The position numbers were made by a program, and so were the translations under genes. From contig NZ_LT549890.1 of assembly GCF_900079115.1 (NCBI RefSeq), positions 2,700,001-2,732,000 of the forward strand: a stretch of DNA of 32,000 bases, given 5' to 3'. Below are positions 19,020 to 29,096 of the stretch, in pieces (the first letter of the stretch is position 1; the number at the start of each line of letters is the position of its first letter). Under the pieces are notes generated by a model. That model was not told the origin of the DNA. It ran no database searches and saw nothing but the letters and a program-made list of their open reading frames with translations. This DNA comes from Saccharolobus solfataricus (GTDB taxonomy: Archaea; Thermoproteota; Thermoprotei_A; Sulfolobales; Sulfolobaceae).

Positions 19020-19580
19020 GTGGTTCAAGTTAAGGACGTGAGGGATGCGTTGAGGAAGATGGGGAGGATGACGTTAAGGGGAGTTAGGGACAGGAGGGTA
19101 GCAGTGGACTTCCATGCCATACCTCAATACCACGCTAACAAGAGTTTCTTGAGTAGGATAAAGCCAACTAAGGGGATGTCGTGGGGACTGGTTCAAGCCG
19201 CGATCTTCCTCCTGGGGAGGACGAGGAGCTTCCTGGACGTGAGAGTGTCCGGAATGTAAAAAATTGAATTTTTATTGACAAGAATAAATTTGTTTTTAGC
19301 ATTATCTTGGATTAAATTGGAGTAACACTTAAGTTATGGGAGTAGAGGGTAGTACCATGGCAAGAACATTAAGACACATACCAAACCTGATGTACTACCC
19401 TCTTCCCCCAATAGAGGATATGCCGTGGAGGGAAAAATGGTTAACGGAGATCAAGCCCGTGCTGGACGCCATGGATTTGGAGAGGGTTCTTGGCGAGGGC
19501 GCGCTGGTTTACCTGAAGTTGTTAATCGTCATGGTGCTCTACTCCTGCTCCTATAGGGACGCGGTGAAAATGGTCAACGT

Positions 19581-19659
19581 TAGTGCTTTCAGAAAGTTTA
19601 TAGCTTTAGGCAAAGGATATACCACTAGATCATAGTCTAAGAACTTTTCCAAAATACTA
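19581..19659. mobile_element. 79-bp MITE derived from the 1048-bp IS630-family element (SM1-type by size)
   Basis: Ends are tagtgctttcagaaagtttatag and, as reverse complement, tagtattttggaaaagttcttag. These match the two ends of the 1048-bp IS. It is flanked by GT/GT and absent from the otherwise colinear copy 1 at 13011-13012. Confidence 0.85.
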
Positions 19660-20240
19660 GTGAACGTGGTCGTGGCCTGGTTCGTGGGGAGGAAGGTGGG
19701 GAAGAGCACGCTGCACGACTTCGTGGGCAGGTTGTACGGGGTGAGGAAGAAGTTGTTGGAGATTTCCTTCAAGCTTGAGGAGAAGTGCCTACCCAGTTAC
19801 CTCCCTGCGAGCGCGCATCTCGTGGACTTCATGGCGTGGCTAGTGGACTCCTTCCTACTGGACTTACCTCCTGGGAAGAGGAGCGTGGAGACCTTTCGGG
19901 AGAAGGCGGAGCTGGAGAGGAGGGAAGGTAACCTGGAGAGGGCCAGGAAGCTGCTCTCCCTGGGGAGAACCAAGAGGAGGTTCGAGGGAAGGTGGACCAA
20001 GAAGAGAGGGGTCTCGCACTACGGGCTTAAGGCCGTGGCCGTGATCTCCGTCTCCCTCTTCGTGAGGTCCATCACGTTGAAGCCGGCCAACTTCTCGGAC
20101 AAGAGGTTCAAGTCACCGCTCAAGGGGATTAAGATCGCGGACAGGGGATTCTCTCCCTCCCCGACACAGCTCATAGCGCGAGAGAAGCCCTTCATTACCC
20201 TGAGAGCCCACGTGGAGTTCTTCGGCACCTACCTGAACGC

Positions 20241-21289
20241 TAGTGTTTCCGAAAAGTTTATAGATTAGTATTACCAGATTGAACTATGCAAGATTTGGTT
20301 CAAGCTTATAAGGAAGAGAAGAACGCGAGAATTAAGGAGAGGATTCTTGCGGTGAAGCTGCACGTAGTTGATGGTAAATCGGAGAAAGAAGTTTCGAAAA
20401 TGCTTAACAAGGGCTATTCCACGATAAAATTGTGGATTGGCAAGTACAAGAAAGAAGGTCTTGATGGACTAAAGGACAAGCCCAGATCAGGAAGACCCAG
20501 AAAAGTAGAAGAGGAAAAGATAAAACAAATTCTGGAAGATAAGCCCCAAAAATACGGAATACAACAAGAGTACTGGACAATGAAAACACTCAAGATAGCA
20601 CTACAAGAACAAGGAATAGAATACAAGAAATCCAGACTATACGAACTAGTCCACGAACTAGGATACAACCTAGTAAAACCCAGACCTACCAACATCCAAG
20701 CAGAAAAGGACAAGTGGGAAGATTTTAAAAAAAATAAAGAAATTGGAAAGAAAGGCACTATTCTTTCTAGACGAGTGTAGGACAGTAATTAGCACGTCAA
20801 TTAAGAAGGTTCTAGCTAAGGTTGGCAGTAAGCCCGTAATGCGCGTCAATATAGGTTTTTCCTCAATCTATGTTATTCTAGCTATAAACGCTTGGACCGG
20901 CGAAGTAGTGGTTTCTCTTGCTAAAAGGCCTAACTCTGAATCCGTTAAGTATTTCTTGAGGTACTTTAAGAGGCGTGTGGGTAGTGGTAGGGTTTACATG
21001 GTCATGGATAATTACTCTCCTCACAAGACTAAGGGTACGCTTGAGGTTTGTCGCAGGAAGGGTATTCATCCCGTGTTTACTCCTCCTTACTCGCCTGAGC
21101 TTAATATGGCTGAGGCGGTCTTCAAGTCCCTCAAGAACTACATGAGCAATAAAATATTCTATACGATAGAAGACGTTAAAAACTGTATTAAACAGTTCTT
21201 TGAAGAAAATAAGTATAGATTTAATCTTAATGCAATAACATACCTAGGATTAGATAAAATTGAAGTCTAAGAACTTTCCGGAAATACTA
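20241..21289 (+). mobile_element. IS630-family element copy 2, 1049 bp
   Basis: It has the same termini as 17972..19019, is flanked by GC/GC (20239-20240 and 21290-21291), and is absent from copy 1 of the host IS at 13590-13591. Confidence 0.9.
20286..21270 (+). pseudogene. IS630-type transposase with a +1 frameshift (A8 at 20727-20734 versus A7 in the intact copy)
   Basis: The track splits it into 20286..20780 and 20743..21270. The intact copy reads ...WEDFKKIKKLERKALFFLDE, while this copy reads ...WEDFKKNKEIGKKGTILSRRV*. Confidence 0.85.
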
Positions 21290-21600
21290 GCGTTCTGGAG
21301 GCCCTACGGGACCACGACCTGGAGGAACGACGTCTTCCTTCACGTCCTGGGAGTGATCTACAACATCAAGATGTTCCTCGCGATCCAACGGAGGACTCCT
21401 CCAGGACGTAGAGCCGTTCAGCTCTGAGACGCGCCTCCTCGCGATCAGACAACGCTATGCGCGATAGGTAAATCCTCTCGTCTTGATATTTTTCCATTAT
21501 AAAGTTTTTCTCGGTGATCCAGGTCCTATCCTTCTGGCAATATTAATATTTATCATTCTGTTTATCTATTCGTTCAGATAATTACATTCCGGACACTCTC

Positions 21601-21995
21601 ACGTAAGTTCTCTTTCCTTTCTTGTACTTGAAGCCTAACTTCTTGAGGACTGGGCTTAAACTCCTCGGGTTGTACTTTATCCCAAATTCCTTGTCAAGTA
21701 TATACGCTATGAGCTTCAAGGTCCAGAAATCGTAGTTCAAGCCGAAATCTCTTGGGCTCTTTTCTAAGATTCGGACGAGCTTTTCCTCGTCCTTCAGTTT
21801 CGTGGGTCCCTTCCTCGGCTTAGCGCTCAGGTCACCTTTCCTCAACCACTTGTACACGGTAAAGATGGAGACGTCATACTTCTTGGCAACGTCCTTTATA
21901 CTCATCCCGTTCCTCACATCTTTTACAGCGTTAATCCTCCTCTCTTCCTCTTGTTTCTTGTTGAGCCTTATACCGTGCATTCTGGATTTCGGCAT
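21601..21995 (-). pseudogene. IS630-family transposase N-terminal fragment
   Basis: MPKSRMHGIRLNKKQEEERRINAVKDVRNGMSIKDVAKKYDVSIFTVYKWL...DFWTLKLIAYIL...KKLGFKYKKGKRTY has the same architecture as the ISC1048-like N-terminus but clearly divergent sequence. The last 6 codons of the track ORF (VRVSGM) belong to the neighbouring IR. Confidence 0.65.
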
Positions 21996-22055
21996 AACAA
22001 TTTAGTATTACTCATGAAATATAAATCTTGCTCTTTAAAGTCTGACGAAGTATAA
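21601..22055 (-). mobile_element. 5' fragment of a different IS630-family element; outer end approximate
   Basis: It contains only the HTH N-terminal third of an IS630-type transposase and is cut at the junction with the 1228-bp IS. Confidence 0.5.
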
Positions 22056-22096
22056 GCACATTATCATTGGATCTTTATACGGGAAATTAGAATTTT

Positions 22097-23638
22097 TTAC
22101 TCATTAGGTGTGTAATATCCTCCACCGCCCGGAGTTTCTATGATTATCTCATCACCTTTATTTAAAATCGTTGAGAACTTACTGGGCATCTCCTCCTTCC
22201 TACCATCAGCCCTTATTATCGTAACCTTTGCAGGCTTACCGTTTCCACCACCTTTCAAACCCCAAGGTGCAACCCTAAACCTCTCCGCTATGATTGATAA
22301 CCTAGTCTTTTCCAGAACCCTAAATGCCCTAATTATACCATCACCTCCCTTGTACTTACCAACTCCGCCACTATTCTCCCTTATTCTATATATGGTGAAC
22401 ATTATTGGATAATACCTCTCAGCAATCTCAATTGGAGTATTTAAAGTATTAGTCATATTAACTTGAACAGCTGAGACGCCATCCTTATTTGGCCTTGCCC
22501 CAGTGCCTCCGCCTATAGTCTCATAATAGGCCCAATACTTACCCTTATACATACCACCCATCATTACGTTCATCATAGTACCCGAACCAGCGGCTGGAAC
22601 GCTGATGAGGTGAGATAAGGCCTTGAAGGTAACATCGGCAATCCTCTGTGAAGTCTCTACATTCCCACCTCCAACTGCAGCCGGCTTATTGGGATTAACT
22701 ATAGTACCCTTAGGTGCATCAACCTTAATTAGACTATAAAAGCCCTCATTTGTAGGTATATCCTTCCCTATTAATGACCTTATGACAAAGCTAACAGCTG
22801 AGAACGTAACTCCATATACTGCGTTTAAAGGTCCCTCCATCTGGGTATCAGTTCCAGCGAAATTAGCGTAAACGCCATTCTCATCAACCTTTACCTTTAG
22901 CCTTATTTTCTTTAATTCATCACCTATTTCTAAATAATCCTCATCTTCACCAATACCATTACCCCATTTTGAAATTTCGGATAACGCCAACTTCTTTCCG
23001 TACTCCATAGAGGTCTTCCACGCGTTAAGGACGTTATCGTAACCGTACTTATCAAACATCTGCTTAATCCTAGCTATACCATTAAGGTTTGCTGAAATCT
23101 GTGCATTCAAATCACCTATTGATACTTCGGGTACCTTGAAGTTATGCTTAATTATATTAATAATCTCATTGTTTATTTCTCCTTTCCTCATCAACCTCAC
23201 TGGGGGTATTACGAAGCCCTCTTCGTAGATTGTAGTTGCATATGGATTTAGACTACCTGGCATCGGCCCACCCACATCAACCTGATGTGCCTTATTTACA
23301 ACATATCCCATTAGATTGCCATTATAGTAAACCGGGGCTAGAACCATTACGTCATTTAGGTGAGTACCGGATGTGTAAGGATCATTTAAAACAATCATGT
23401 CCCCCTCTTCTAGTTCTTCTATCTGGTTCAGCGTGTTTTTAACCCCAATGCTAAAAGAACCTAGGTGAACAGGTATGTGTTCAGCTTGGGCTATAATATT
23501 ACCCTCAGCGTCTGTTATTGCACAGCTATGATCCATCCTCTCCCTAATATTCGGTGACATAGCTGACCTCTTTAGCATGACGCCCATTTCCTCTGCAATG
23601 AACTCAGAGGCTTTGTAAATTATTTCCCAACTTGTCAT
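22097..23638 (-). CDS. hyuB: Hydantoinase B / oxoprolinase family protein (HyuB-type subunit)
   Basis: 513 aa. The N-terminus ...[41 protein letters not shown] and the [12 protein letters not shown] motif are typical of HyuB. 4-nt overlap with hyuA. Confidence 0.85.
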   Translation of the reverse strand: MTSWEIIYKASEFIAEEMGVMLKRSAMSPNIRERMDHSCAITDAEGNIIAQAEHIPVHLGSFSIGVKNTLNQIEELEEGDMIVLNDPYTSGTHLNDVMVLAPVYYNGNLMGYVVNKAHQVDVGGPMPGSLNPYATTIYEEGFVIPPVRLMRKGEINNEIINIIKHNFKVPEVSIGDLNAQISANLNGIARIKQMFDKYGYDNVLNAWKTSMEYGKKLALSEISKWGNGIGEDEDYLEIGDELKKIRLKVKVDENGVYANFAGTDTQMEGPLNAVYGVTFSAVSFVIRSLIGKDIPTNEGFYSLIKVDAPKGTIVNPNKPAAVGGGNVETSQRIADVTFKALSHLISVPAAGSGTMMNVMMGGMYKGKYWAYYETIGGGTGARPNKDGVSAVQVNMTNTLNTPIEIAERYYPIMFTIYRIRENSGGVGKYKGGDGIIRAFRVLEKTRLSIIAERFRVAPWGLKGGGNGKPAKVTIIRADGRKEEMPSKFSTILNKGDEIIIETPGGGGYYTPNE

Positions 23639-25587
23639 TCTCTCACCAATACTATTGAATCATCTATAATTGCATTCCAACCATCCTTTATAACTGTAGT
23701 CGAACTATATTCCTCAATTATTGCTGGCCCCCCTATTCTAAAACCTTTAGGCAACTTCTCCCTAACATAGACATCTACATTTACCCAATCGTCGTCAATT
23801 ACTACCTTTCTAACTTCTCTTGGCTTATCATAATTTCCAAAAGCTACCTTTATTTTAGGTAGTGGTCTCTTCTTGATAGCGAAAACTCTTATTGTAACAA
23901 CCTCTATCTCCCTATCTTTCATCACGAAACCATAAGTGGCTAGGTGTTTCTCCTCAAATACTTTCCTAATCTCATTAACGTTATTTACCGGAATTGTTAA
24001 CTCCCATCCTTGCCCCTCATACCTCACATCTGCAAGTCTCAAGAAGTAATCGACGTTTCCCTTTAACTTCTCGTATAGCTCCTTTTCCAATTGTTCAAAT
24101 TCACTCCCTAAGTCTTTAGGATATGATTTCCTAACTTCAAAACGCCAATCAGCAAGTAATAGTCCTAATGCACTGAATAAGCCTGGATGAGGTGGTATTA
24201 TAACCTTACCTATTCCTACCTCCTCAGCCAAGTATACTGCGTGTTGTGGACCAGCACCTCCAAAGGCTATTAAGGAGAAGTTCGATGGATCTAATCCCCT
24301 CTCCACCGTGACTAATCTTATTGCCCTAGCCATCTCCAGATTTACCAATCCTAAGGCGTTCTTACTTACCTCATATGGATCACCCAACTTACTCATCCCC
24401 CTTATTGCGCTCTCTTTATCTAACTTTAGATTACCACCAATAAGCTCTGTCCCCAATCTTCCTAAAATCAAGTTTGCATCAGCTATGGTAGGCCTATTTC
24501 CTCCCTTTCCGTAGGAAATCGGCCCGGGATCTGCACCGGCACTTATAGGCCCGACTTTTAAGGCATTAGCCTCGTCCCTCCATATTATTGTACCTCCACC
24601 AGCAGACACCTCTGCTAAATCAACAAATGGGAACCTTACTGGATACCCACTACCCTTAACTATCCTTCCGTAATGTACTTCTCCTCCAACTTCATACTCA
24701 GTGGTCATTTCAAAATTACCATTAATTATAACACCTGCCTTAGCGGTGGTACCTCCCATATCGAAGCTTATTAAACTCTCATTAGGCAAAAAGCTAGCTG
24801 AAGCTATTACACCAGCTGCTGGCCCGGATTCAATTAACTGTACCGGCTTCTCAGATGCTTCTTTAATATCTACCAATCCTCCAGAACTTGACATAATGTA
24901 GAAGTTCTCGGTTGGTAAAGAGACTTGTAACCTCTCAAGGTACGCAGATACTATTGGCATTAGCACTGCGTTAACTACTGCAGTGGAAGTCCTTTCGTAT
25001 TCTCTAGGTTCTGGTGCTATTTTTGAGGAGATTGAGATGTATTTGAAATACTTCTTTAACACGTTTTCAGTAATTAGTTCATTTTTTGGATTCAAGTAAG
25101 AGTGCAGATAACTTACAGCAATTGATATTACATTTTCGTCTAAAAGCTTTTTAGCAACCCTCTCTATCTCATCTTGATCTACCTCCTTTATCATATTTCC
25201 TTCAGCGTTGATCCTCTCGTCAATCTCAAATCTCAAACTTCTAAGTACCAGCTGTCTTGGCTTTTCAAAATATAAATCATAAAGTCTAGGCCTATTCTGC
25301 CTACCTATTTCGATAATATCCCTAAATCCCTTCGTAACGAGTAAGGCTGTTTTTGGAATTGTTAAGTTCTCCTGCCCTAACAACGTATTCGTCGCTAGGG
25401 TCGTGGCGTGAGCTATCTCACTTACGTTGCAGTTTAAAGTGCTTATTACATCCTTAATGACTTGTCCAGGGTCCTTAGGGTTAGTTAGGATTTTTATTGT
25501 CTTAATTTCCCCATCGCTGGCTAGGACTATGAAATCAGTGAACGTCCCGCCTATATCTATTGCCACTTTACACTCCATATTCATCAA
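23635..25587 (-). CDS. hyuA: Hydantoinase A / oxoprolinase family protein (HyuA-type, ATPase subunit)
   Basis: 650 aa with actin-like ATPase motifs [14 protein letters not shown] and [10 protein letters not shown]. Confidence 0.85.
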   Translation of the reverse strand: MMNMECKVAIDIGGTFTDFIVLASDGEIKTIKILTNPKDPGQVIKDVISTLNCNVSEIAHATTLATNTLLGQENLTIPKTALLVTKGFRDIIEIGRQNRPRLYDLYFEKPRQLVLRSLRFEIDERINAEGNMIKEVDQDEIERVAKKLLDENVISIAVSYLHSYLNPKNELITENVLKKYFKYISISSKIAPEPREYERTSTAVVNAVLMPIVSAYLERLQVSLPTENFYIMSSSGGLVDIKEASEKPVQLIESGPAAGVIASASFLPNESLISFDMGGTTAKAGVIINGNFEMTTEYEVGGEVHYGRIVKGSGYPVRFPFVDLAEVSAGGGTIIWRDEANALKVGPISAGADPGPISYGKGGNRPTIADANLILGRLGTELIGGNLKLDKESAIRGMSKLGDPYEVSKNALGLVNLEMARAIRLVTVERGLDPSNFSLIAFGGAGPQHAVYLAEEVGIGKVIIPPHPGLFSALGLLLADWRFEVRKSYPKDLGSEFEQLEKELYEKLKGNVDYFLRLADVRYEGQGWELTIPVNNVNEIRKVFEEKHLATYGFVMKDREIEVVTIRVFAIKKRPLPKIKVAFGNYDKPREVRKVVIDDDWVNVDVYVREKLPKGFRIGGPAIIEEYSSTTVIKDGWNAIIDDSIVLVRE

Positions 25588-25919
25588 CCCTTTGTTCTGG
25601 GTACAAATGGTTTATCCTCAAAAACTACTTCCCCGTTTATTAATCTAGCTCTTATTAGTTTGCAATTAGGTGTACGAGGTGTTTTGGATTTCGGTGGTTC
25701 TATAAGTTCACCCGTTATGAGTGAGAAGACTGCATTATAGAATGGACAAACTATATTATCCAAGTTAATTTTATATCCTTCAGCGGTTATTGGTCTTTGC
25801 TTATGTGGGCACCCAGCGAGGTAAGTGTACTCTTTTCCATCTTTTTCGTAAATCATTATTGGATAGCCATTGATTTCGATTACCTTTAACATGATATAAA
25901 AAAATATATACGTTTTCAT
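25584..25919 (-). CDS. Small Rieske-fold-like protein with incomplete cluster ligands, first gene of the hyu operon
   Basis: GCPHKQRP...(18 aa)...[15 protein letters not shown]: box 1 C-x-H is present, but box 2 is C-P-F-Y instead of C-x-x-H. There is a 4-nt overlap with hyuA. An alternative leaderless start is ATG 25892 (MLKVIEING...), with tttaaat about 29 nt upstream. Confidence 0.6.
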   Translation of the reverse strand: MKTYIFFYIMLKVIEINGYPIMIYEKDGKEYTYLAGCPHKQRPITAEGYKINLDNIVCPFYNAVFSLITGELIEPPKSKTPRTPNCKLIRARLINGEVVFEDKPFVPRTKG

Positions 25920-26261
25920 TTAAAAGATCAGCACTTAAAGGACTCGTCACAGCTCAGCTTGGGGAGTTCTCTTCACTAAACGATATTATTAGACTGACTT
26001 TTAAGAGTTAACCGTAAAAATGGTTGGTGGACTTGTTGAATTTTAATAAAGAGTTAAGAGGTATCAATGACATAAATTGAACATCTTTACATTAATTGAA
26101 AGGAAGATAATATAGTAGTTTAGTGTAAAATTCATTCAACAGATAGCTAAGCACTGTAAAAAAGAATTATCAAATGTACCTTATTGCAGAAAAATATGAA
26201 TAAATGATTAACTTGATAATGCTTATAGTAATATAATAAAAAAGATATATTTACTTATGCC

Positions 26262-27578
26262 TTAATATTCCTGCTTCAGTATTTCTTCTCCTTCATAAAT
26301 TCTTCCTTTAGTCTCTTTAAGAAGTAATGCAAGTATCAGAACTACTATACCAGTGAGTATTGTAAAGTAAACCGGAGAGAATATGTTACTAGTTGCACTA
26401 ACTAAATAGGTCAAGATAAATGGTGTAAGACCTCCTATAAATCCAACTCCTACCTGATACGAAAATGATATCGCTGTATATCTAACCATCGGTGGAAACG
26501 ATTCAACAAGAAATGCAGGCGTTATTGCACCTGCAAAGTAGTATATTAATAGTCCACCAAGAAATATAGCACCGATTACTGCTGATTCATTACCTTGAAG
26601 TAATAGATAATAGTAAGGATACGCCAGTCCTATTCCCATTATGGAATTTATTATTATTTGCGTCCTTCTTCCTATAATGTCGGACAGATATCCAAAAAAT
26701 ATTGAGGCAAAGATGCCTATTGCCGATACTAAAAATATAGCAAAGTCTATTGTTTGAAGAGAGACATGAGGCATATTAAAGCGTTGGGCAATAGTTGTAG
26801 CGTAACCTACAGAATATGCGAAATTTGTATAATACCAAGCCCCATTAATGATTCCCACTATAAATAAGTTTGCGAGTATTAACTTCCAGTATTTTCTAAA
26901 CGCTTCAGAGATTGGATTTTTCAATATTTTTCGATCTTCCCTCAACTTCCTAAATACTGGTGAATCTTCTATTCTTAGCCTTATTAGTAATCCCACTATT
27001 GCAATGAGTAGTCCAGAATAGAACAATATTCTCCATCCAAAGTTATCGAAGCCAGTTTGCCCCATTATTATAATTATAACAAATATTATACCAGTCGCTA
27101 GCAAGTTGGCAATAGATACTGTAGCTTGAAGAATACCTGAATATAACCCCCTCCGACCTGGATTTACGTATTCAGATGTTAATGAAAACGCACCACCCCA
27201 CTCTCCGCCTAAGGCCACACCAGTAAGGAACCTTAGTATGGCGAGCAAGATTGGCGCTAATAGACCTATTTGATAATATGTTGGTAAGAGTCCAACAAAA
27301 AATACGCTAAGTCCAGTAAGTAAAATCGTAAAGACTAATGAATACTTTCTTCCTACTTTGTCTCCTAAATATCCAAATACTATACCACCTAATGGTCTAC
27401 CTAAAAACCCTATAAAGAAGGTTAAATAGAAGGCTAACAGTGAAGCTATTGGATTAGATGACGGAAAGAATAATTTTGAAACAACAGTCGCCACGAATGT
27501 ATAAATAAAGAAATCATACCATTCTAGTGCCATTCCGAAACTTGAGGCGATTATAGCCTTAGTTTTCTCTGAGACCAT
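26262..27578 (-). CDS. MFS transporter, metabolite:H+ symporter (MHS) type
   Basis: 438 aa with 12 hydrophobic segments and the signature GRPLGGIVFGYLGDKVGRK between TM2 and TM3. Confidence 0.8.
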   Translation of the reverse strand: MVSEKTKAIIASSFGMALEWYDFFIYTFVATVVSKLFFPSSNPIASLLAFYLTFFIGFLGRPLGGIVFGYLGDKVGRKYSLVFTILLTGLSVFFVGLLPTYYQIGLLAPILLAILRFLTGVALGGEWGGAFSLTSEYVNPGRRGLYSGILQATVSIANLLATGIIFVIIIIMGQTGFDNFGWRILFYSGLLIAIVGLLIRLRIEDSPVFRKLREDRKILKNPISEAFRKYWKLILANLFIVGIINGAWYYTNFAYSVGYATTIAQRFNMPHVSLQTIDFAIFLVSAIGIFASIFFGYLSDIIGRRTQIIINSIMGIGLAYPYYYLLLQGNESAVIGAIFLGGLLIYYFAGAITPAFLVESFPPMVRYTAISFSYQVGVGFIGGLTPFILTYLVSATSNIFSPVYFTILTGIVVLILALLLKETKGRIYEGEEILKQEY

Positions 27579-27778
27579 TTTACCACAATTATAAGTAGCA
27601 CCTCAATATATATATATTTAAAAGGGATAGAGTACATATCTAGCACAACATACTTATGTGAACTACTCCGCTCTCACCGGTAGACGCAAAGTCACTCCTT
27701 AAAAATAAATCTATAGTATTACCAAGCGTTTTTGTCTACTTCAATTAAATAATCCTCTATGCTGGATACATTATTAGA

Positions 27779-27962
27779 TAGCATTTATAGGAAAATCGTT
27801 ACACTTTTACGTTACGTTAAAAATATATAATAAATCTTTCCTGGTTAGATGAAAAATGTTTATTGATAAGCTATAATATTAAGAAGTACAATGAAAGATA
27901 TTTATAAATACATGGATAAATATTTTGACTTTTTATGATAAGGGAATTTCCTAAAACTACTA
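27779..27962. mobile_element. 184-bp MITE (SM2-type by size), copy A
   Basis: Near-identical to the reverse complement of 30622..30805. Imperfect terminal IRs tagcatttataggaaaatc / tagtagttttaggaaattc. The flanking hexamers ATTAGA / ATCAGA match at 5 of 6. Confidence 0.85.
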
Positions 27963-27984
27963 ATCAGAAATCAAAGAATAAAAA

Positions 27985-28500
27985 AGTCTGAAATCCTCTC
28001 CCTTCGCGTTTGAACAAAGGGAAAAGGGAATAGTGAAACATTACCAACAAGAAGACTAACGTGCTAAACGGAAACTTAGTTGAACCAGCGAACAAGAGAA
28101 AGGACTTAGCATTCCTATAGGAAGTCTCTATAGGATTCCTTACCTTATCGTAAAGCCTAATCCTTGGGTAGATCGGGGTTTATAGCCTTAGTGATGTACT
28201 CAACTTTCGTCATCTTCTCCTTACCTTGAACGATAAATTTGAACTTGCTTATTCATGCTGCGCTTCTTGCAATTAGTAATGTATTTTCCGTCAAATTTCT
28301 CGTAGATTTTAACATCACCAACTGGTACTGAAAACGTATTTGAACACTGATGTTCTGTACCACTTGGTTGTGGTCCAGTCTATTGGTTTCTTTCACTCCC
28401 ATTAGTGTTTCCAGTGCTATTTGTTTCACATGTTCCAAGAGTTTTTCTATAACTTCCCCTTTCTATAGGTAGTTTCTCTCTGTTCGTGGCGATATACGTT
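27985..28500 (-). pseudogene. Degenerate transposase remnant (IS4-superfamily C-terminal Y-R-E-K region)
   Basis: Minus-strand frames read ...ATNREKLPIERGEVIEKLLEHVKQIALETL..., then MTKVEYITKAINPDLPKD, then RLYDKVRNPIETSYRNAKSFLLFAG. These are separated by stops and frameshifts. The extent is approximate. Confidence 0.4.
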
Positions 28501-29096
28501 ACTGTTTCCAGAAATTTGTTATACTTTATAATTCATTAATAAGTTTCTTATAAATAGTGATAACAAGGAATCAATTAATCAAGTTGATAAGCTTTATGTA
28601 TTCATTAAGGCCAATACAATGGAATTATTTTCAATAATATTTTATAAAATAATACTAGACTATAGACTTACTGGAAGTAGTAGTTTTTGTCTTGTTTTCT
28701 ATTGGTCAATAAGGTTGAGACGAGCACTTTGGCTACTTTTTCTTTGTAGTTTATCATAGAAGCTAATTTATGTCCTATTTGATAAATGCTGTTTTGATGA
28801 GGAAAACTTTGTATTATCATCTCGGTTTCACACGCAGTAATATGGTTTTCCTCACCTTAAATCTTTTTTCAATTTATCAACTTCATCGCAGTGTAATTAG
28901 TTCCGTTATCTTCTAAAATCTAATATTAAATGAGTAATGTTATTTTTGTAAGGTGTTTTGAATCCACCGTCACAGAGGGGGACTTTCACTCCTTAAGCCC
29001 CATGAAGTTAACTATTATTAATCTTCAATTTCTTATCCTTATATACCCCCTTTATCTGTTGAGTATCATTGCGACTTAATTTTCCTTTTAAGTTTT

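Larger units (their letters stand above)
17663..19240 (+). mobile_element. 5' part of an IS related to the 1439-bp element (ISC1359/1439 family-like); interrupted by a 1048-bp IS and cut off at 19240
   Basis: The terminus cagtatgggaatctca resembles cagttgtgtttcacca. It shares the 5' block agtttgtatata(c)gaggg with the 1439-bp IS. No right end is present in the window. Confidence 0.55.
17778..19240 (+). pseudogene. Transposase fragment (segments 17778..17971 and 19020..19240), ISH3/IS4-like first-D region VAVDFHAIPQYH
   Basis: Excising 1050 bp (IS plus 2-bp TSD) joins ...ALRKLNV|VQVKDVRDAL... in frame. The ORF then runs into the IR of the next IS, producing the artefactual tail VRVSGM. Confidence 0.65.
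19336..21427 (+). pseudogene. Transposase of the 1228-bp IS, disrupted twice
   Basis: Track ORFs 19336..19635 and 19660..20268, plus an untranslated tail at 21292..21427, are colinear with 12768..13727. Confidence 0.85.
19241..21600 (+). mobile_element. Second copy of the 1228-bp IS, carrying a 79-bp MITE and a 1049-bp IS630-family insertion
   Basis: It has the same 19-bp IRs (19241-19259 and 21582-21600). The lengths add up exactly: 2360 = 1228 + (79+2) + (1049+2). It differs from copy 1 by roughly 15 scattered substitutions, read by eye. It is flanked by ACGT on both sides. Confidence 0.9.

Noticed and set aside
17167-19240. The region 17167-19240 as one IS with two ORFs.
   Set aside because: Both ORFs contain a first-D type region (LLIIDDTHDHK and VAVDFHAIPQYH). 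The second has its own terminus and promoter block resembling the 1439-bp IS. Two different elements, one inserted in the other, fit better.
12671-21600. Three unrelated ORFs (12158..12691, 19020..19259, 21582..21995) all end in the peptide VRVSGM, which looks like a shared C-terminal motif.
   Set aside because: The shared codons gtg aga gtg tcc gga atg taa are the terminal inverted repeat of the 1228-bp IS read in frame. This is an annotation artefact, not a protein motif.
22140-25648. Plus-strand ORFs inside hyuB/hyuA (22140..22412, 23236..23442, 24308..24514, 24701..24901, 25427..25648).
   Set aside because: They are antisense shadows of two long, motif-supported genes.
28677-28690. tagtagtttt, identical to the first 10 nt of the MITE/ISC1217-like right terminus, as a possible additional IS end.
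   Set aside because: Identity stops after 10 nt. In AT-rich sequence that is too short to distinguish from chance.
25941-28995. A shared pattern gtcacag...gggga...ttcact at about 25955-25990 and about 28960-28990, plus acagctca at 17189, as a possible dispersed repeat.
   Set aside because: Only short gapped matches are present. I cannot show significance by eye; a formal repeat search would be needed.
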